Assembly: GCA_944323995.1 (NCBI GenBank)
Contig: CALUUN010000006.1
Location: 2,807 to 66,806, forward strand
Direction: 5' to 3'
Source: Candidatus Gastranaerophilales bacterium
Lineage (GTDB): Bacteria; Cyanobacteriota; Vampirovibrionia; Gastranaerophilales; Gastranaerophilaceae
DNA: 64,000 nucleotides
Shown: positions 43,468 through 53,262 of the stretch, piece after piece
Layout: every line of letters starts with the position of its first letter
Position numbering within the stretch: the first letter of the stretch is position 1
Notes under the pieces: generated by a model
The model's database searches: none
The model's input: the letters and a program-made list of their open reading frames with translations, nothing else
What the model was told of the DNA's origin: nothing
Program-made: the position numbers and the translations under genes

Positions 43468-43671
43468 TTATTCTTCTATCAAAGCGTTAATATCAGCAAC
43501 CATTGCATCGGGGTCAAAGCCGTGAACTTTAGCTCCCGCTTCAAGGTTTTCAAAACGTGCTGCAGCGCATCCGATACAGCCGAGGCCGTATTTCTGGAAA
43601 ATTTCAATACTTTGCGGATATGCCTGTACTATATCCATAATGTTCATTTCTTTTGTTACTTTTTGTGCCAT
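43468..43671 (-). CDS. DUF1858 / hybrid-cluster-protein-associated redox disulfide domain protein
   Basis: The MAQKVTKEMNIMDIVQAYPQSIEIFQKYGLGCIGCAAARFENLEAGAKVHG start at 43671 has AAGGAG upstream. Confidence 0.75.
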   Translation of the reverse strand: MAQKVTKEMNIMDIVQAYPQSIEIFQKYGLGCIGCAAARFENLEAGAKVHGFDPDAMVADINALIEE

Positions 43672-43742
43672 AATTTTCTCCTTTTTGACTTTTAAAAATT
43701 TATCGTTAATTACATTATACATGAAAAAAAGAAGGCAGGTAT

Positions 43743-43904
43743 ATGGAATTATTGAAAAAACTATTTAAAGATGAAGACAGAGCGATAGGCTTGTGCAGTT
43801 TCAGAAAACAGGAGGAAGAACCGGTAAGGGTTTTTATCCCCAAGTTTAACCCTTCAAAAACTATTTACGGCGCAAATTACGGCAATAATTTTTTTCTGCT
43901 GTAA
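43743..43904 (+). CDS. possible 53-aa hypothetical protein
   Basis: My reading gives MELLKKLFKDEDRAIGLCSFRKQEEEPVRVFIPKFNPSKTIYGANYGNNFFLL. It is below the track length cut-off and I recognise no family. Confidence 0.3.
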   Translation: MELLKKLFKDEDRAIGLCSFRKQEEEPVRVFIPKFNPSKTIYGANYGNNFFLL

Positions 43905-43979
43905 TATTTATTAACAAAAAGGCAATTTTTAATTCCTCAATTTTTTTATTATAATACAGGGAAAAATTGAGGAGTCGCT

Positions 43980-44165
43980 ATGACTGTTAGTGCAGTACAA
44001 TTAAGAAACGTATTTAATGTTAATGATGTAAAACTTGCTCAAGCATATCCGAAGTTTGATGCAACAGGTGTCAGTGCCGTAAAAGAAAGAGAACTGCATC
44101 CGACGGTTTGCAGCACCGAAATCGGTAAAACACATCTGGCAAACAGATTAGACTTGTTTTGCTGA
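43980..44165 (+). CDS. hypothetical 61-aa protein
   Basis: GAGGAG lies upstream. The N-terminus MTVSAVQLRNVFN parallels MSVKAVQLANAE of the 41425 protein. Confidence 0.5.
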   Translation: MTVSAVQLRNVFNVNDVKLAQAYPKFDATGVSAVKERELHPTVCSTEIGKTHLANRLDLFC

Positions 44166-44681
44166 TTACTGATCGCTTTCGTGGTGTTCGTTGTCTTTCA
44201 TCAATTTTGCAAAGTCTGAGGGCTTAATGCTCTGGATGAAATTTTTAAATTCCTGAGCTTCTTCCTCGTCTTTTGCTGTGTCTGTGGAAACAGAGCCGCT
44301 GGAAAGTACGTTCGCCGTAACAAATATAGGCGCGTCAACTCTTATTGCAACCGCAATAGCGTCAGACGGTCTTGAATCTATTTCAACAAAATTATCGTTT
44401 TCATCTTTTAAGAAAAGAGTTGCAAAATAGGTTTCTTTTTCGACATCGTTTATTTCTACTCTGTCGAGGGTATAGCCTGTCTTTTCGATAAGATTAATAA
44501 TCAGATCATGTGTCATGGGTCTTGAAACGGTAAGATTTTCGATTTTTCTGATAATTGCGCTGGCTTCTGCGGAACCTATCCAGATAGGCAGAGCCTTTCT
44601 GTTGTCTTTGTCGTGCAAAACAACAATGGGAGAACCTGTTCTTGTATCAAGGGCAATGCCCATAACTTTCATTTCTATCAT
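44166..44681 (-). CDS. bifunctional nuclease family protein (DUF151)
   Basis: MIEMKVMGIALDTRTGSPIVVLHDKDNRKALPIWIGSAEASAI...SRPMTHDL...RPSDAIAVAIRVDAPIFV. The upstream part of the track ORF is probably not translated. Confidence 0.8.
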   Translation of the reverse strand: MIEMKVMGIALDTRTGSPIVVLHDKDNRKALPIWIGSAEASAIIRKIENLTVSRPMTHDLIINLIEKTGYTLDRVEINDVEKETYFATLFLKDENDNFVEIDSRPSDAIAVAIRVDAPIFVTANVLSSGSVSTDTAKDEEEAQEFKNFIQSIKPSDFAKLMKDNEHHESDQ

Positions 44682-44796
44682 AGTTAAATTATAACCTTTC
44701 ATCTGTATGTCGTCAATATTTATTATAAGACAAAAATAACCCCTTTTAAAAAAATATATTTGTGCTATACTCATGTTAGAGAAATTTCACAGATAC

Positions 44797-44886
44797 GGAG
44801 TAATGGCCGAGTGGCTGAAGGCGGCACCCTGCTAAGGTGTTATGTGGGTCTAACCTGCATCGAGGGTTCAAATCCCTCTTGCTCCG
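44797..44886 (+). tRNA. tRNA-Ser (anticodon GCU)
   Basis: Hand-folded cloverleaf: acceptor GGAGTAA/TTGCTCC, D arm GCC..GGC, anticodon stem GCACC/GGTGT with loop CTGCTAA, a long variable arm, and T arm GAGGGTTCAAATCCCTC. Confidence 0.85.
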
Positions 44887-44910
44887 TTTTTTCTTTTAAG
44901 GAGTATGAAA

Positions 44911-45936
44911 ATGTTAAAAACAAAAAAAGATTTGGACTGGCAAAATTTAGGCTTCGGATACGTAAAGACTGATTACAGATATGTTTCAAACTATAAAAAC
45001 GGCAGCTGGGATGAAGGTGTTTTGACCGGAGATTCAGATGTTACAATAAACGAAAGTGCAGGCGTTTTGCAGTACGCACAGACATGTTTTGAAGGTTTGA
45101 AAGCATATACCACTGCAGGCGGGCATGTTGTTTGTTTCAGACCGGATTTGAACGCAAAAAGAATGGCTGATTCCTGCAAAAGACTTGAAATGCCTGTTTT
45201 TCCGGAAGAACGATTTCTTGATGCAATATCAAAAGTTGTTAAAGCAAATATTGAATGGGTTCCTCCGTACGGTTCGGGTGCTACTTTGTATCTGAGACCT
45301 TATATGTTCGGAAGCAGTGCCGTCATCGGCGTAAAACCCGCTCAGGAATACCAGTTCAGAATTTTTGCAACTCCTGTGGGCCCCTATTTTAAAGGCGGTG
45401 TTAAACCCATTACATTAAGAGTTCCCGATTTTGACAGAGCAGCCCCGAGAGGCACGGGCCATGTTAAGGCGGGCCTTAACTATGCCATGAGTCTGCACGC
45501 TATTGTTGATGCGCATAATCAGGGTTACAGTGAAAACATGTATCTCGATTCGGCAACAAGAACCAAAGTCGAAGAAACAGGCGGTGCTAATATTATTTTT
45601 GTGACAAAAGATAATAAAGTTGTGACACCTAAGTCGGATACAATTTTGCCGTCAATTACCCGCAGATCTTTGATGTACGTTGCGCAGAAATATCTGGGGC
45701 TTGAAACTGAAGAACGCGCAATTCCGGTTGAAGAATTGAAAGAATTTAAAGAATGTGCGCTTTGCGGTACTGCGGCGGTGCTTTCTCCGGTCGGTGAAAT
45801 CGTAAACCACGGTGAACATATTTGTTTTGATAAAGAAAATATGGGCGAAGTGACAAAGAAACTTTACGATACGCTTCTGGGTATACAGCTCGGTACAATT
45901 GAAGCACCCGAAGGCTGGATTAAAGTTATTGAATAG
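44911..45936 (+). CDS. ilvE: branched-chain amino acid aminotransferase
   Basis: AAGGAG lies 7 nt upstream of ATG 44911. LDWQNLGFGYVKTDYRY...CFEGLKAY...YLRPYMFG is the class IV aminotransferase pattern. Confidence 0.9.
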   Translation: MLKTKKDLDWQNLGFGYVKTDYRYVSNYKNGSWDEGVLTGDSDVTINESAGVLQYAQTCFEGLKAYTTAGGHVVCFRPDLNAKRMADSCKRLEMPVFPEERFLDAISKVVKANIEWVPPYGSGATLYLRPYMFGSSAVIGVKPAQEYQFRIFATPVGPYFKGGVKPITLRVPDFDRAAPRGTGHVKAGLNYAMSLHAIVDAHNQGYSENMYLDSATRTKVEETGGANIIFVTKDNKVVTPKSDTILPSITRRSLMYVAQKYLGLETEERAIPVEELKEFKECALCGTAAVLSPVGEIVNHGEHICFDKENMGEVTKKLYDTLLGIQLGTIEAPEGWIKVIE

Positions 45937-47794
45937 AGCGGTTTTGAAGTGCGCGCAAAGAATTCAGGACGGCAAGCAATGTTACGCCGACATCTGCAAA
46001 TACGGCGCCCCACATTGTCATAAGACCAATTGCGCCGAGAATTAAGAACAAGACCTTAATTCCGATTGCAAAAATTATGTTTTGTTTTACAATACGCATT
46101 GTTTTGCGCGCAATTTCTACGGCAAGAACAATTTTAGAGGGTTTGTCGTCCATAATTACAATATCGGCAGCCTCTATTGCCGCATCAGTACCCAGTGCTC
46201 CCATTGCAATACCTGCATCAGCTCTTGTTAATACCGGTGCGTCATTAATTCCGTCGCCTGCAAAAATTACACTTTTTCCTGCGGGTTTTGTGTTTATTAA
46301 TTCTTCTGCTTTTTCAACTTTGTCTGAGGGTAAAAGCTGTGCGTAATATTCTTTTATTTTGAGAATTTGTGCAATGTATCCGGCGTTTTTGGCTGAATCT
46401 CCGGTGAGCATGACAACTTTATCCGCAAGTTTCTTGAGGGATTGAATTGCAGCTGCCGAATCCTCTTTAATTTCGTCCGAAATTATTATCCGACCGATGT
46501 ATTCTTCATTTTTTGCAAGATAAATTATTGTGCCGGGCTCATTTGCGGGTTCGTAATTTATATTGAATTTTTCCATGAGTTTTGCATTGCCCGCAAGAAC
46601 CGCATTATTGTTTATTTTTGCTTTTATTCCGTATCCTGCAAGTTCTGTTACTTCAGAAACGGTGCTTTTTTCAACCGGCATGTTATATGTTGATTTTATT
46701 GAAACCGCAATCGGGTGATTTGAATAATTTTCGGCCGCAGCAGCAATCTCAAGCAGTTCATTTTCGGTAACGCCTTTTACCGGTGAAATTTTTGTAACTT
46801 TAAAGGTTCCTTTTGTCAGAGTTCCTGTTTTGTCAAAAACAATTGCGTAAGGCTTTGCAAGTGCTTCTATATAATTGCTCCCTTTAATTAATATCCCGGC
46901 CCTTGAAGCCCCGCCTATCCCTGCAAAAAATCCCAGAGGAATTGAGATTACAAGTGCGCACGGGCATGATATTACAAGAAATGTCAAAGCCCTTTCAATC
47001 CAGATTTCAAACGGTGCAGAAAGTACTACAGGCGGTACAATTGCAAGTATTAACGCACCGAATACAACTACGGGTGTGTAATATTTTGCAAATTTTGTTA
47101 TAAAATGCTCTGCTTTTGCTTTTCTTGAAATTGCATGTTCAACAAGTTCAAGAATTTTGGACACGGTTGATTCCGAATACTCTTTTGTCACCCGTATTCT
47201 TATTAATCCGTTTGTATTTATGCAGCCGCTTAAGGCAAGGTCACCTTTTTTAAGCGTTTTGGGCGCGGATTCTCCGGTTAGTGCCGAGCAGTCCGCAACT
47301 GCTGTGCCTTCAATTACAATCCCGTCCAGCGGAATTTTTTCACCTGTTTTGACGGTTATTATATCGTCTGTATGAACTTCCGAGGGTGATTTTCGGATAA
47401 TTTGCCCGTTTTGTTCTATGTTTGCATAATCCGGTCTTATGTCCATTAATTCAGTTATTGAATGACGGGATTTTTCAACTGCTCTGTGCTGAAAATATTC
47501 GCCGGTTTGATATAATATCATAACCATTACGGCTTCCGGATATTCGCCTATTAAAATTGCCCCGAGCGTTGCAAGTCCCATCAAAAAGTTTTCGTCAAAA
47601 ATTTCACCCTTTAATATGTTTTTTGCGGCTTTTAAAAGTATATCATACCCTGAAATTAAATATGCAGCAAAAAATATTAAAAAGCGCGCTGTTCCCTCAA
47701 AATCCGTCAGCATCCCTGCCGCAAATATTATTGCTGCCGTGCAGATTTTTAATACAGTGTGTTTATCTTCATTGTGTTCGTGATGGTCGCACAT
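45926..47794 (-). CDS. heavy-metal (Cd/Zn/Co-type) translocating P-type ATPase
   Basis: His-rich start MCDHHEHNEDKH, CPC motif SCPCALVISIPL, DKTGTLT and GDGINDAP. The start at 47794 has GAGGA upstream. Confidence 0.9.
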   Translation of the reverse strand: MCDHHEHNEDKHTVLKICTAAIIFAAGMLTDFEGTARFLIFFAAYLISGYDILLKAAKNILKGEIFDENFLMGLATLGAILIGEYPEAVMVMILYQTGEYFQHRAVEKSRHSITELMDIRPDYANIEQNGQIIRKSPSEVHTDDIITVKTGEKIPLDGIVIEGTAVADCSALTGESAPKTLKKGDLALSGCINTNGLIRIRVTKEYSESTVSKILELVEHAISRKAKAEHFITKFAKYYTPVVVFGALILAIVPPVVLSAPFEIWIERALTFLVISCPCALVISIPLGFFAGIGGASRAGILIKGSNYIEALAKPYAIVFDKTGTLTKGTFKVTKISPVKGVTENELLEIAAAAENYSNHPIAVSIKSTYNMPVEKSTVSEVTELAGYGIKAKINNNAVLAGNAKLMEKFNINYEPANEPGTIIYLAKNEEYIGRIIISDEIKEDSAAAIQSLKKLADKVVMLTGDSAKNAGYIAQILKIKEYYAQLLPSDKVEKAEELINTKPAGKSVIFAGDGINDAPVLTRADAGIAMGALGTDAAIEAADIVIMDDKPSKIVLAVEIARKTMRIVKQNIIFAIGIKVLFLILGAIGLMTMWGAVFADVGVTLLAVLNSLRALQNRSIQ

Positions 47795-47823
47795 ATTTAT
47801 ATCCTCTTCTAATAGTATTATAA

Positions 47824-47839
47824 TTGAACAACTGTTCAA
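47824..47839. promoter_or_regulatory. ArsR/SmtB-type operator palindrome, copy 1
   Basis: TTGAACA-ac-TGTTCAA, a 7-2-7 inverted repeat just upstream of the ATPase start. Confidence 0.6.
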
Positions 47840-47883
47840 TTGTCAAGTTTAAGGATGCGAATATTTACAAAACTTTAGAATGG

Positions 47884-47899
47884 TTGAACAACTGTTCAA
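47884..47899. promoter_or_regulatory. ArsR/SmtB-type operator palindrome, copy 2, next to an extended -10
   Basis: Identical 16-mer TTGAACAACTGTTCAA, followed by TGGTATAAT (47903-47911) upstream of the arsR-like gene. Confidence 0.6.
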
Positions 47900-47932
47900 A
47901 TGATGGTATAATATTAGAAGAAGGAGACTCTT

Positions 47933-48277
47933 ATGAGGGGTTCTGATTGCGAAGCAACAAATATTGATATAGTGAATAATGTGAAGCCCAAAATGCCGGA
48001 GATGCGGACGTTGTATGAATTGTCGGATTTTTTCAAGGTTATGGGCGACGGCACGAGAATACAGCTTTTGTGGGCATTAGAACAGAGTGAGATGTGCGTG
48101 GGGGATCTGGCTGTGCTTTTGAATATGACAAAGTCAGCCGTATCGCATCAATTGAAAGTTTTGAGAACAGCAAAGCTGGTAAAGGCTTTGAAAAAAGGTA
48201 AGAACGTTTATTATTCGCTTGATGATAACCATGTAAAAACAATTCTTGAAAAAGCGCTCGAGCATGTATGCGAATAG
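47933..48277 (+). CDS. ArsR/SmtB family metal-sensing transcriptional repressor
   Basis: FKVMGDGTRIQLLWALEQSEMCVGDLAVLLNMTKSAVSHQLKVLRTAKLV. Confidence 0.85.
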   Translation: MRGSDCEATNIDIVNNVKPKMPEMRTLYELSDFFKVMGDGTRIQLLWALEQSEMCVGDLAVLLNMTKSAVSHQLKVLRTAKLVKALKKGKNVYYSLDDNHVKTILEKALEHVCE

Positions 48278-48278
48278 G

Positions 48279-48728
48279 TTAGTGTGATTTTAAATAGTCG
48301 TCGATAATCTGAGCGGCATCGCCAATAAATTTTTCGCAGGGGCGGTTTTTGTAGTATTCTTCGGTGCGTTTGGAGGGAATCGGTGAATCTTTGCCTTTAT
48401 CAAGTCCTAAAAGTTCGCGGCAGATTATGGTGTTGTGTTTGTTTTCAAATTCAAGTGCCAACTTTTGGATACGAGCGTAGTGTTCAGCTTTTACTTTATC
48501 GTCAGCGGGTTCGGTGTAGCCGTATTTAAGTCCTGCTATCATAAACATTGCGCTTACGGCTCCGCAGACTTCCCTTAACCTTCCCATGCCGCCGCCGAAT
48601 GAGGAGGAGAGTTTTAGTGCGGTTTCAAAATCCATATTAATTTCGTCGCAAAATGCGCAAAATACGGCTTGTGCGCAGTTGCGGCCTTCTCTGAATAATT
48701 TTTGTGCTTTTTCCGATTTAGTTTCCAT
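48279..48728 (-). CDS. C_GCAxxG_C_C family protein
   Basis: GRNCAQAVFCAFCDE ... VCGAVSAMFMIAG ... CRELL ... PCEKF. Confidence 0.75.
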   Translation of the reverse strand: METKSEKAQKLFREGRNCAQAVFCAFCDEINMDFETALKLSSSFGGGMGRLREVCGAVSAMFMIAGLKYGYTEPADDKVKAEHYARIQKLALEFENKHNTIICRELLGLDKGKDSPIPSKRTEEYYKNRPCEKFIGDAAQIIDDYLKSH

Positions 48729-48769
48729 ATAATTTATTATAAAACGGTTTTTTGTGTTTAAATATATTT

Positions 48770-49852
48770 ATGGAAAAATTTTTTACAAATGAAATGACAC
48801 TGTTAAAAGCGTTAGCAATAATGCTTGTGGTATCGGGGCATCTGGAGTTTTCGCTTCTTGGAATTTTTCCGCCGTATTCTTTTCAGATTGCTTTGTTTTT
48901 CTTTATTTCGGGATGTTTGTTCAAAGACAAATATCTTGATGATGTTACTCAATTTGTGAAAAAACGTGTTAAGAGTTTGTTGGTTCCTTATTATTTGTAT
49001 ACGGTGTTTTATCTTGTTGTAACAATTGTTATTGCAAAATTGACCGGAAAATTCTGGGGAATGCCGGTTACTTTAAAAAATTATATTCTGACACCGTTTT
49101 TAAACGGTCATGAATTGGATTTAAGCTGTCCTTTGTGGTTTGTAACCCAGTTGTTTATGACGTTGATGGTGTTTTTATTTTTACTCCGGCAGTTAAGGAA
49201 TTTTAATAAATACATCATACTTTGCGTATTTGTAATTTTAGGTATATCGGCAATTTTTTTGTCAAAGGTGCTGCCTTTGACACCTGTGTTGCTGCTGGTT
49301 GTAAGGACAATGTTTTCGTTGTTATTTGTGTATCTGGGATATTTTTACACGCATTATATAAAAGACAGACACGATATTTTTACCGTAAAATGGTTCGGCG
49401 CGGTTATTGTTTTGCAGGCAGTATTGTGGCTTTTTAATACTGATTATGACCCTGTGCAGGGAATAGGCTTGAGTTATATACTTGTCTGGGCGCAGTTTAA
49501 TACACCTTTTATTGTGCCGGTATTGACATCTGTAACCGGAATATGGGCCTCTTTATTTGCGGTGAAGATTTTTTATCCTTATCTTAAAGATGTAAAATTT
49601 TTACAGGATATGGGAAATGTTACCTATCACATAATGGCAAATCATTTGTTTGTAATGTATTTGATAACGGCGTTTTTCATGTATTTGAACGGCGTTCCGA
49701 TGACGGAAAGAGCAAATCACGACATATATTGGATTTATGATCCGGTTAAAACAACTTATCTGTATTTTGTTTTGACAATGGTAATTACAACTTATACGGG
49801 CGTCGGGTTAAGGAAATTGAAATCCTACATTCTTAGCCACATTGCGTCATAA
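48770..49852 (+). CDS. acyltransferase family 3 membrane protein
   Basis: MEKFFTNEMTLLKALAIMLVVSGHLEF and about 10 hydrophobic helices. Confidence 0.7.
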   Translation: MEKFFTNEMTLLKALAIMLVVSGHLEFSLLGIFPPYSFQIALFFFISGCLFKDKYLDDVTQFVKKRVKSLLVPYYLYTVFYLVVTIVIAKLTGKFWGMPVTLKNYILTPFLNGHELDLSCPLWFVTQLFMTLMVFLFLLRQLRNFNKYIILCVFVILGISAIFLSKVLPLTPVLLLVVRTMFSLLFVYLGYFYTHYIKDRHDIFTVKWFGAVIVLQAVLWLFNTDYDPVQGIGLSYILVWAQFNTPFIVPVLTSVTGIWASLFAVKIFYPYLKDVKFLQDMGNVTYHIMANHLFVMYLITAFFMYLNGVPMTERANHDIYWIYDPVKTTYLYFVLTMVITTYTGVGLRKLKSYILSHIAS

Positions 49853-51879
49853 GGTTTTAGCCTTACCGTAAGTTGTTTGTTTTTAACGATTGCGCGGGTC
49901 ATTTTATCGGTTAATAAATCGTAGAAGTAAACTTCTTTTGCTTTTTTGCCGAAATCATCGTCCGTGAGGTTTACGGTTGCCTTAATTCTGTTATTTGAAA
50001 GGTTATTTATGACAACTATTCTTGTGTTGTCCATTGCTCTCACGTATGCAAAAACATCCGGCGATTCGGTCTTAATCTCCACAAACGAGCCTCTGGACAT
50101 AACCGGATATTGTTTCCTTACCTTGATAAGTTTTTTAACGCGTTCGTAAACTATGTTATTGTGGGTTCCTTTGTTTGTTACGGCATTTTTGAAGGTAGCT
50201 TCGGTTACGGGCCCTCTGTTAATGTCGCGGCTGTCAAAATAGCTCAGCATTTTGACTTTATTTTTGCTGTGGGTTTGTTTGTATTCTCTTATTCTTGCGC
50301 TGCGTCTTGCGTTTGCGTAATTGTTTTGAATACCGATTTCATCGCCGTAATAAATTATGGGAACTCCCGGCATTGAAAGTAGAATTGAAAATGCCATACC
50401 TATTCTGTCGGGGTCGTTATCCAAAAAGTTTGCAAGCCGCCCGCTGACGCCGAAACCTTTTCTGAAGGCAGCACCTTTCGGCGCCAAATCTTCAAAGAGA
50501 AGTTCTCTGGTTTTTTGGTTAACCATTTCAAGCGTAAGTTCGTCGTGTACTCTCAAGAATATTCCCCAGGCAGCTGTGTACGGAATTTGCGGAGTTTCTT
50601 TGTATGCTTTCCAAAAATAACTGTTGTCTTCCGCGACAAGTGATGCCCAGATTGCCGGCATATACGGGAAATGATATGCTATCTGAACTTCATCCGTTCT
50701 TGTTAAATCGCGTTCTTTGCCGTCAACAATCGGTTTGACCTTTCTTTCCGTGCCGAAGTAGGGGAGAATTTTGTTCGGGTGCTGGCATGCTTCAGCCTGA
50801 ACAACAGAACGCGGAGCTATTACCTGAAGATATGCGCTTAAGAGTTTTATTATTCTGTGCGTTTTTTGAAGGTTTTCGGCGTCGGTGCCGTCCTCTTTTA
50901 TCAAATAAGGTATTGCATCCATTCTGAAAATGTCAACGCCCAGATTTGCCCAGAAACTTATTGTTTCAAGATTATAATAAAGCACCTGCGGGTTTTCCCA
51001 GTTTATATCCAGCTGGAACGGGTAAAACGTGTGGTAAAAATAGTAATCTTTCCCTTGAAGTTTTACTTTGCGGTAATGATTGTCAGTAATTTCGGGAAAA
51101 ATCAGTCTGCGTTTTGAAACTTTTCCGTTCGGCTCTTTGTATTCCACAACATGCCCCAGTTTGGGATCTTTATATTTTGTGTATTCAGGCATTTTTTCTC
51201 TTACAACAAAATAGTTAAGTTTGTTCAAATCACCGTTTTGTATATCTTTAAACCACTCGTGTTCGTCAGAAAAATGGTTCAGAACAAGATCCGCTTTTAT
51301 TTTAAAGCCTTTGTTTTTTGCGGCAGTTATAAATTCTTTAAATTCTTTCATTCCGCCGAGATCAGCGCGGACATCTCTGGGATCTCTTACATCAAATCCC
51401 GCATCTTTCATCGGTGAATCCGCAAAAGGAAGAATATATATAGTTGTAACGCCCAGATCTTTTAAATAATCAAGCATTTTTATGTCGTCTTTAAATGTAT
51501 TCGGTGTGAATGCATTTTTTACCCCGAACTGGTCTGCGTAAAACATATATATGACTTCATCTTTATACCAGTCATCCGCCCTTGTGTAATCTTCTTCTTT
51601 TAATTTTTGAGGACGCATAAGTTTTGTCTTTAGTGCTATGCGTTCTATATTTGCGTAAATGATATCAACATTTTCCTGCCCGTATATTTTTGAAAGCGAA
51701 GTCTTTATTTCTTTTTCAAGTTTAGGCGGGATTACCGCGATAGAGGCTTTGTTCTGTTCGGTAATAACCGACTTTAAACCGTCTTTTGCAAATACGGCAA
51801 TGCCGGTGCAGTTGAACAGCATAGCAAAAGTCAGTATAAATACCGCAATTTTCTTTTTATTAAGATACAAATTTCCCAT
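49825..51879 (-). CDS. GH13 alpha-amylase-family enzyme (trehalose synthase/amylosucrase-like) with N-terminal signal/anchor
   Basis: LGVTTIYILPFADSPMKDAGFDVRDPRDVRADLGG...KIKADLVLNHFSDEHEWF...VDIFRMDAIPYL. The start at MGNLYLNKKKIAVFILTF (51879) is preferred. Confidence 0.8.
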   Translation of the reverse strand: MGNLYLNKKKIAVFILTFAMLFNCTGIAVFAKDGLKSVITEQNKASIAVIPPKLEKEIKTSLSKIYGQENVDIIYANIERIALKTKLMRPQKLKEEDYTRADDWYKDEVIYMFYADQFGVKNAFTPNTFKDDIKMLDYLKDLGVTTIYILPFADSPMKDAGFDVRDPRDVRADLGGMKEFKEFITAAKNKGFKIKADLVLNHFSDEHEWFKDIQNGDLNKLNYFVVREKMPEYTKYKDPKLGHVVEYKEPNGKVSKRRLIFPEITDNHYRKVKLQGKDYYFYHTFYPFQLDINWENPQVLYYNLETISFWANLGVDIFRMDAIPYLIKEDGTDAENLQKTHRIIKLLSAYLQVIAPRSVVQAEACQHPNKILPYFGTERKVKPIVDGKERDLTRTDEVQIAYHFPYMPAIWASLVAEDNSYFWKAYKETPQIPYTAAWGIFLRVHDELTLEMVNQKTRELLFEDLAPKGAAFRKGFGVSGRLANFLDNDPDRIGMAFSILLSMPGVPIIYYGDEIGIQNNYANARRSARIREYKQTHSKNKVKMLSYFDSRDINRGPVTEATFKNAVTNKGTHNNIVYERVKKLIKVRKQYPVMSRGSFVEIKTESPDVFAYVRAMDNTRIVVINNLSNNRIKATVNLTDDDFGKKAKEVYFYDLLTDKMTRAIVKNKQLTVRLKPYDAMWLRM

Positions 51880-51982
51880 AGTTTTATTATAACGCAAACA
51901 TGTCATGGGTTTTAAAATTTACCCTTGTGTCTGATGTAACTGGGCATTATAGGGGTAAATATATAAACAAAGGAGAAAATTT

Positions 51983-52951
51983 ATGAATAATTCAGGTTCA
52001 CCGGATTTGTCAAATACAGTTAAAAATTTCAATGATGAGTTGAAAAAAAGAAACGGCAAACCTCTTTACGAATTAACCCCGCAGGAGGCGCGGCTTTTTC
52101 TTATTAATCTGCAAAACGAAACGCACAGAGAAATTGATGCGGATATCGAGGACAGGGCAATATATACCACGGATTGCGGAAGTATTGAGCTCAGGATTGT
52201 CCGGCCTAAAAATTCCGGAAAAAATATTTTGCCTGCAATGTTGTATCTGCACGGCGGCGGCTGGGTTATGGGCGGAAAGTCAACACACGATATGCTTATC
52301 AGAATACTTGCAAATGAAATAGGCGTAACTGTGATATTTCCGGAATATACACTTTCTCCCGAAGCACGGTTTCCGGTTCCGTTAAAGCAGTGTTATTCGG
52401 TTCTTGAATATTTGTACGAAAATCCTGAAGAATTTAACATTGACAAAGAAAAAATTGTTATAGCAGGTGACAGTGCAGGCGGTAATATGGCGGCATCAGC
52501 TGCTCTGATGTCAAAATATTCGGCCGGGCCTTCAATACTTTTGCAGGTGCTTCTTTATCCGGTTACCGATTTAAATCCGGATACTAAATCTTATAATGAA
52601 TTTAAAGACGGCCCGTGGCTTACCAAAAAAGCCATGCAGTGGTTTATAGATGCTTATGCGCCCGATAAAACCGCAAGAAACGATATATACGCCTCCCCTT
52701 TAAAAGCACCTGTTGAAAAGCTCGCAAATCTTCCTCCGGCACTTATTATTACCGCGGAAAATGATGTTTTACGCGATGAAGGCGAAATGTATGCATCAAA
52801 ACTCCAAAAAGCAGGCACTGATGTCTTGTCGCTGCGAATTAACGGAACCCAGCACGATTTTCTGATGCTTAATGCCCTGCAAAATACTATGCAGTTCAAG
52901 GGTGCAGTCGCTGTTATAAAACAAGCTGTTTCGGATGTTTTGGAAAATTAA
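51983..52951 (+). CDS. alpha/beta hydrolase, hormone-sensitive-lipase-like esterase
   Basis: LYLHGGGWVMG oxyanion motif and GDSAGGNMA nucleophile elbow. Confidence 0.85.
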   Translation: MNNSGSPDLSNTVKNFNDELKKRNGKPLYELTPQEARLFLINLQNETHREIDADIEDRAIYTTDCGSIELRIVRPKNSGKNILPAMLYLHGGGWVMGGKSTHDMLIRILANEIGVTVIFPEYTLSPEARFPVPLKQCYSVLEYLYENPEEFNIDKEKIVIAGDSAGGNMAASAALMSKYSAGPSILLQVLLYPVTDLNPDTKSYNEFKDGPWLTKKAMQWFIDAYAPDKTARNDIYASPLKAPVEKLANLPPALIITAENDVLRDEGEMYASKLQKAGTDVLSLRINGTQHDFLMLNALQNTMQFKGAVAVIKQAVSDVLEN

Positions 52952-52953
52952 AA

Positions 52954-53199
52954 TTACTTTTTGCCGCTTTTTGCATAACACAACGCTATTGCAAGAGCAA
53001 CTTCGCTTTCAGGTGATGTTTTAGCCTTTGAAGAGCCCGCAGTTTCAACAACTTCTTCAGGGAAAAGTATGTTAATTTTTCTGATTACATACGCCATAAT
53101 CTGCATCGCATATACTAAAATTATAAGAAATAAAAATACAAACCCCATTCCGAGGCTCATTATAACTGCTCCGTCTTTTAACAAAGAAAGGTTATCCAT
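52954..53199 (-). CDS. OadG-family small membrane protein (oxaloacetate decarboxylase gamma-chain-like)
   Basis: 81 aa. VIMSLGMGFVFLFLIILVYAMQIMAYVI. Confidence 0.55.
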   Translation of the reverse strand: MDNLSLLKDGAVIMSLGMGFVFLFLIILVYAMQIMAYVIRKINILFPEEVVETAGSSKAKTSPESEVALAIALCYAKSGKK

Positions 53200-53262
53200 C
53201 CGGTTCTCCTTTTTTAATATCCTTTGGTTTTATTCTAGTATAAATACTTTGAAATTACAAAT

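Noticed and set aside
44797-49852. Genomic island integrated at tRNA-Ser (metal ATPase, ArsR, acyltransferase downstream)
   Set aside because: I saw no integrase, no direct repeat of the tRNA 3' end and no compositional break. ilvE follows the tRNA immediately.
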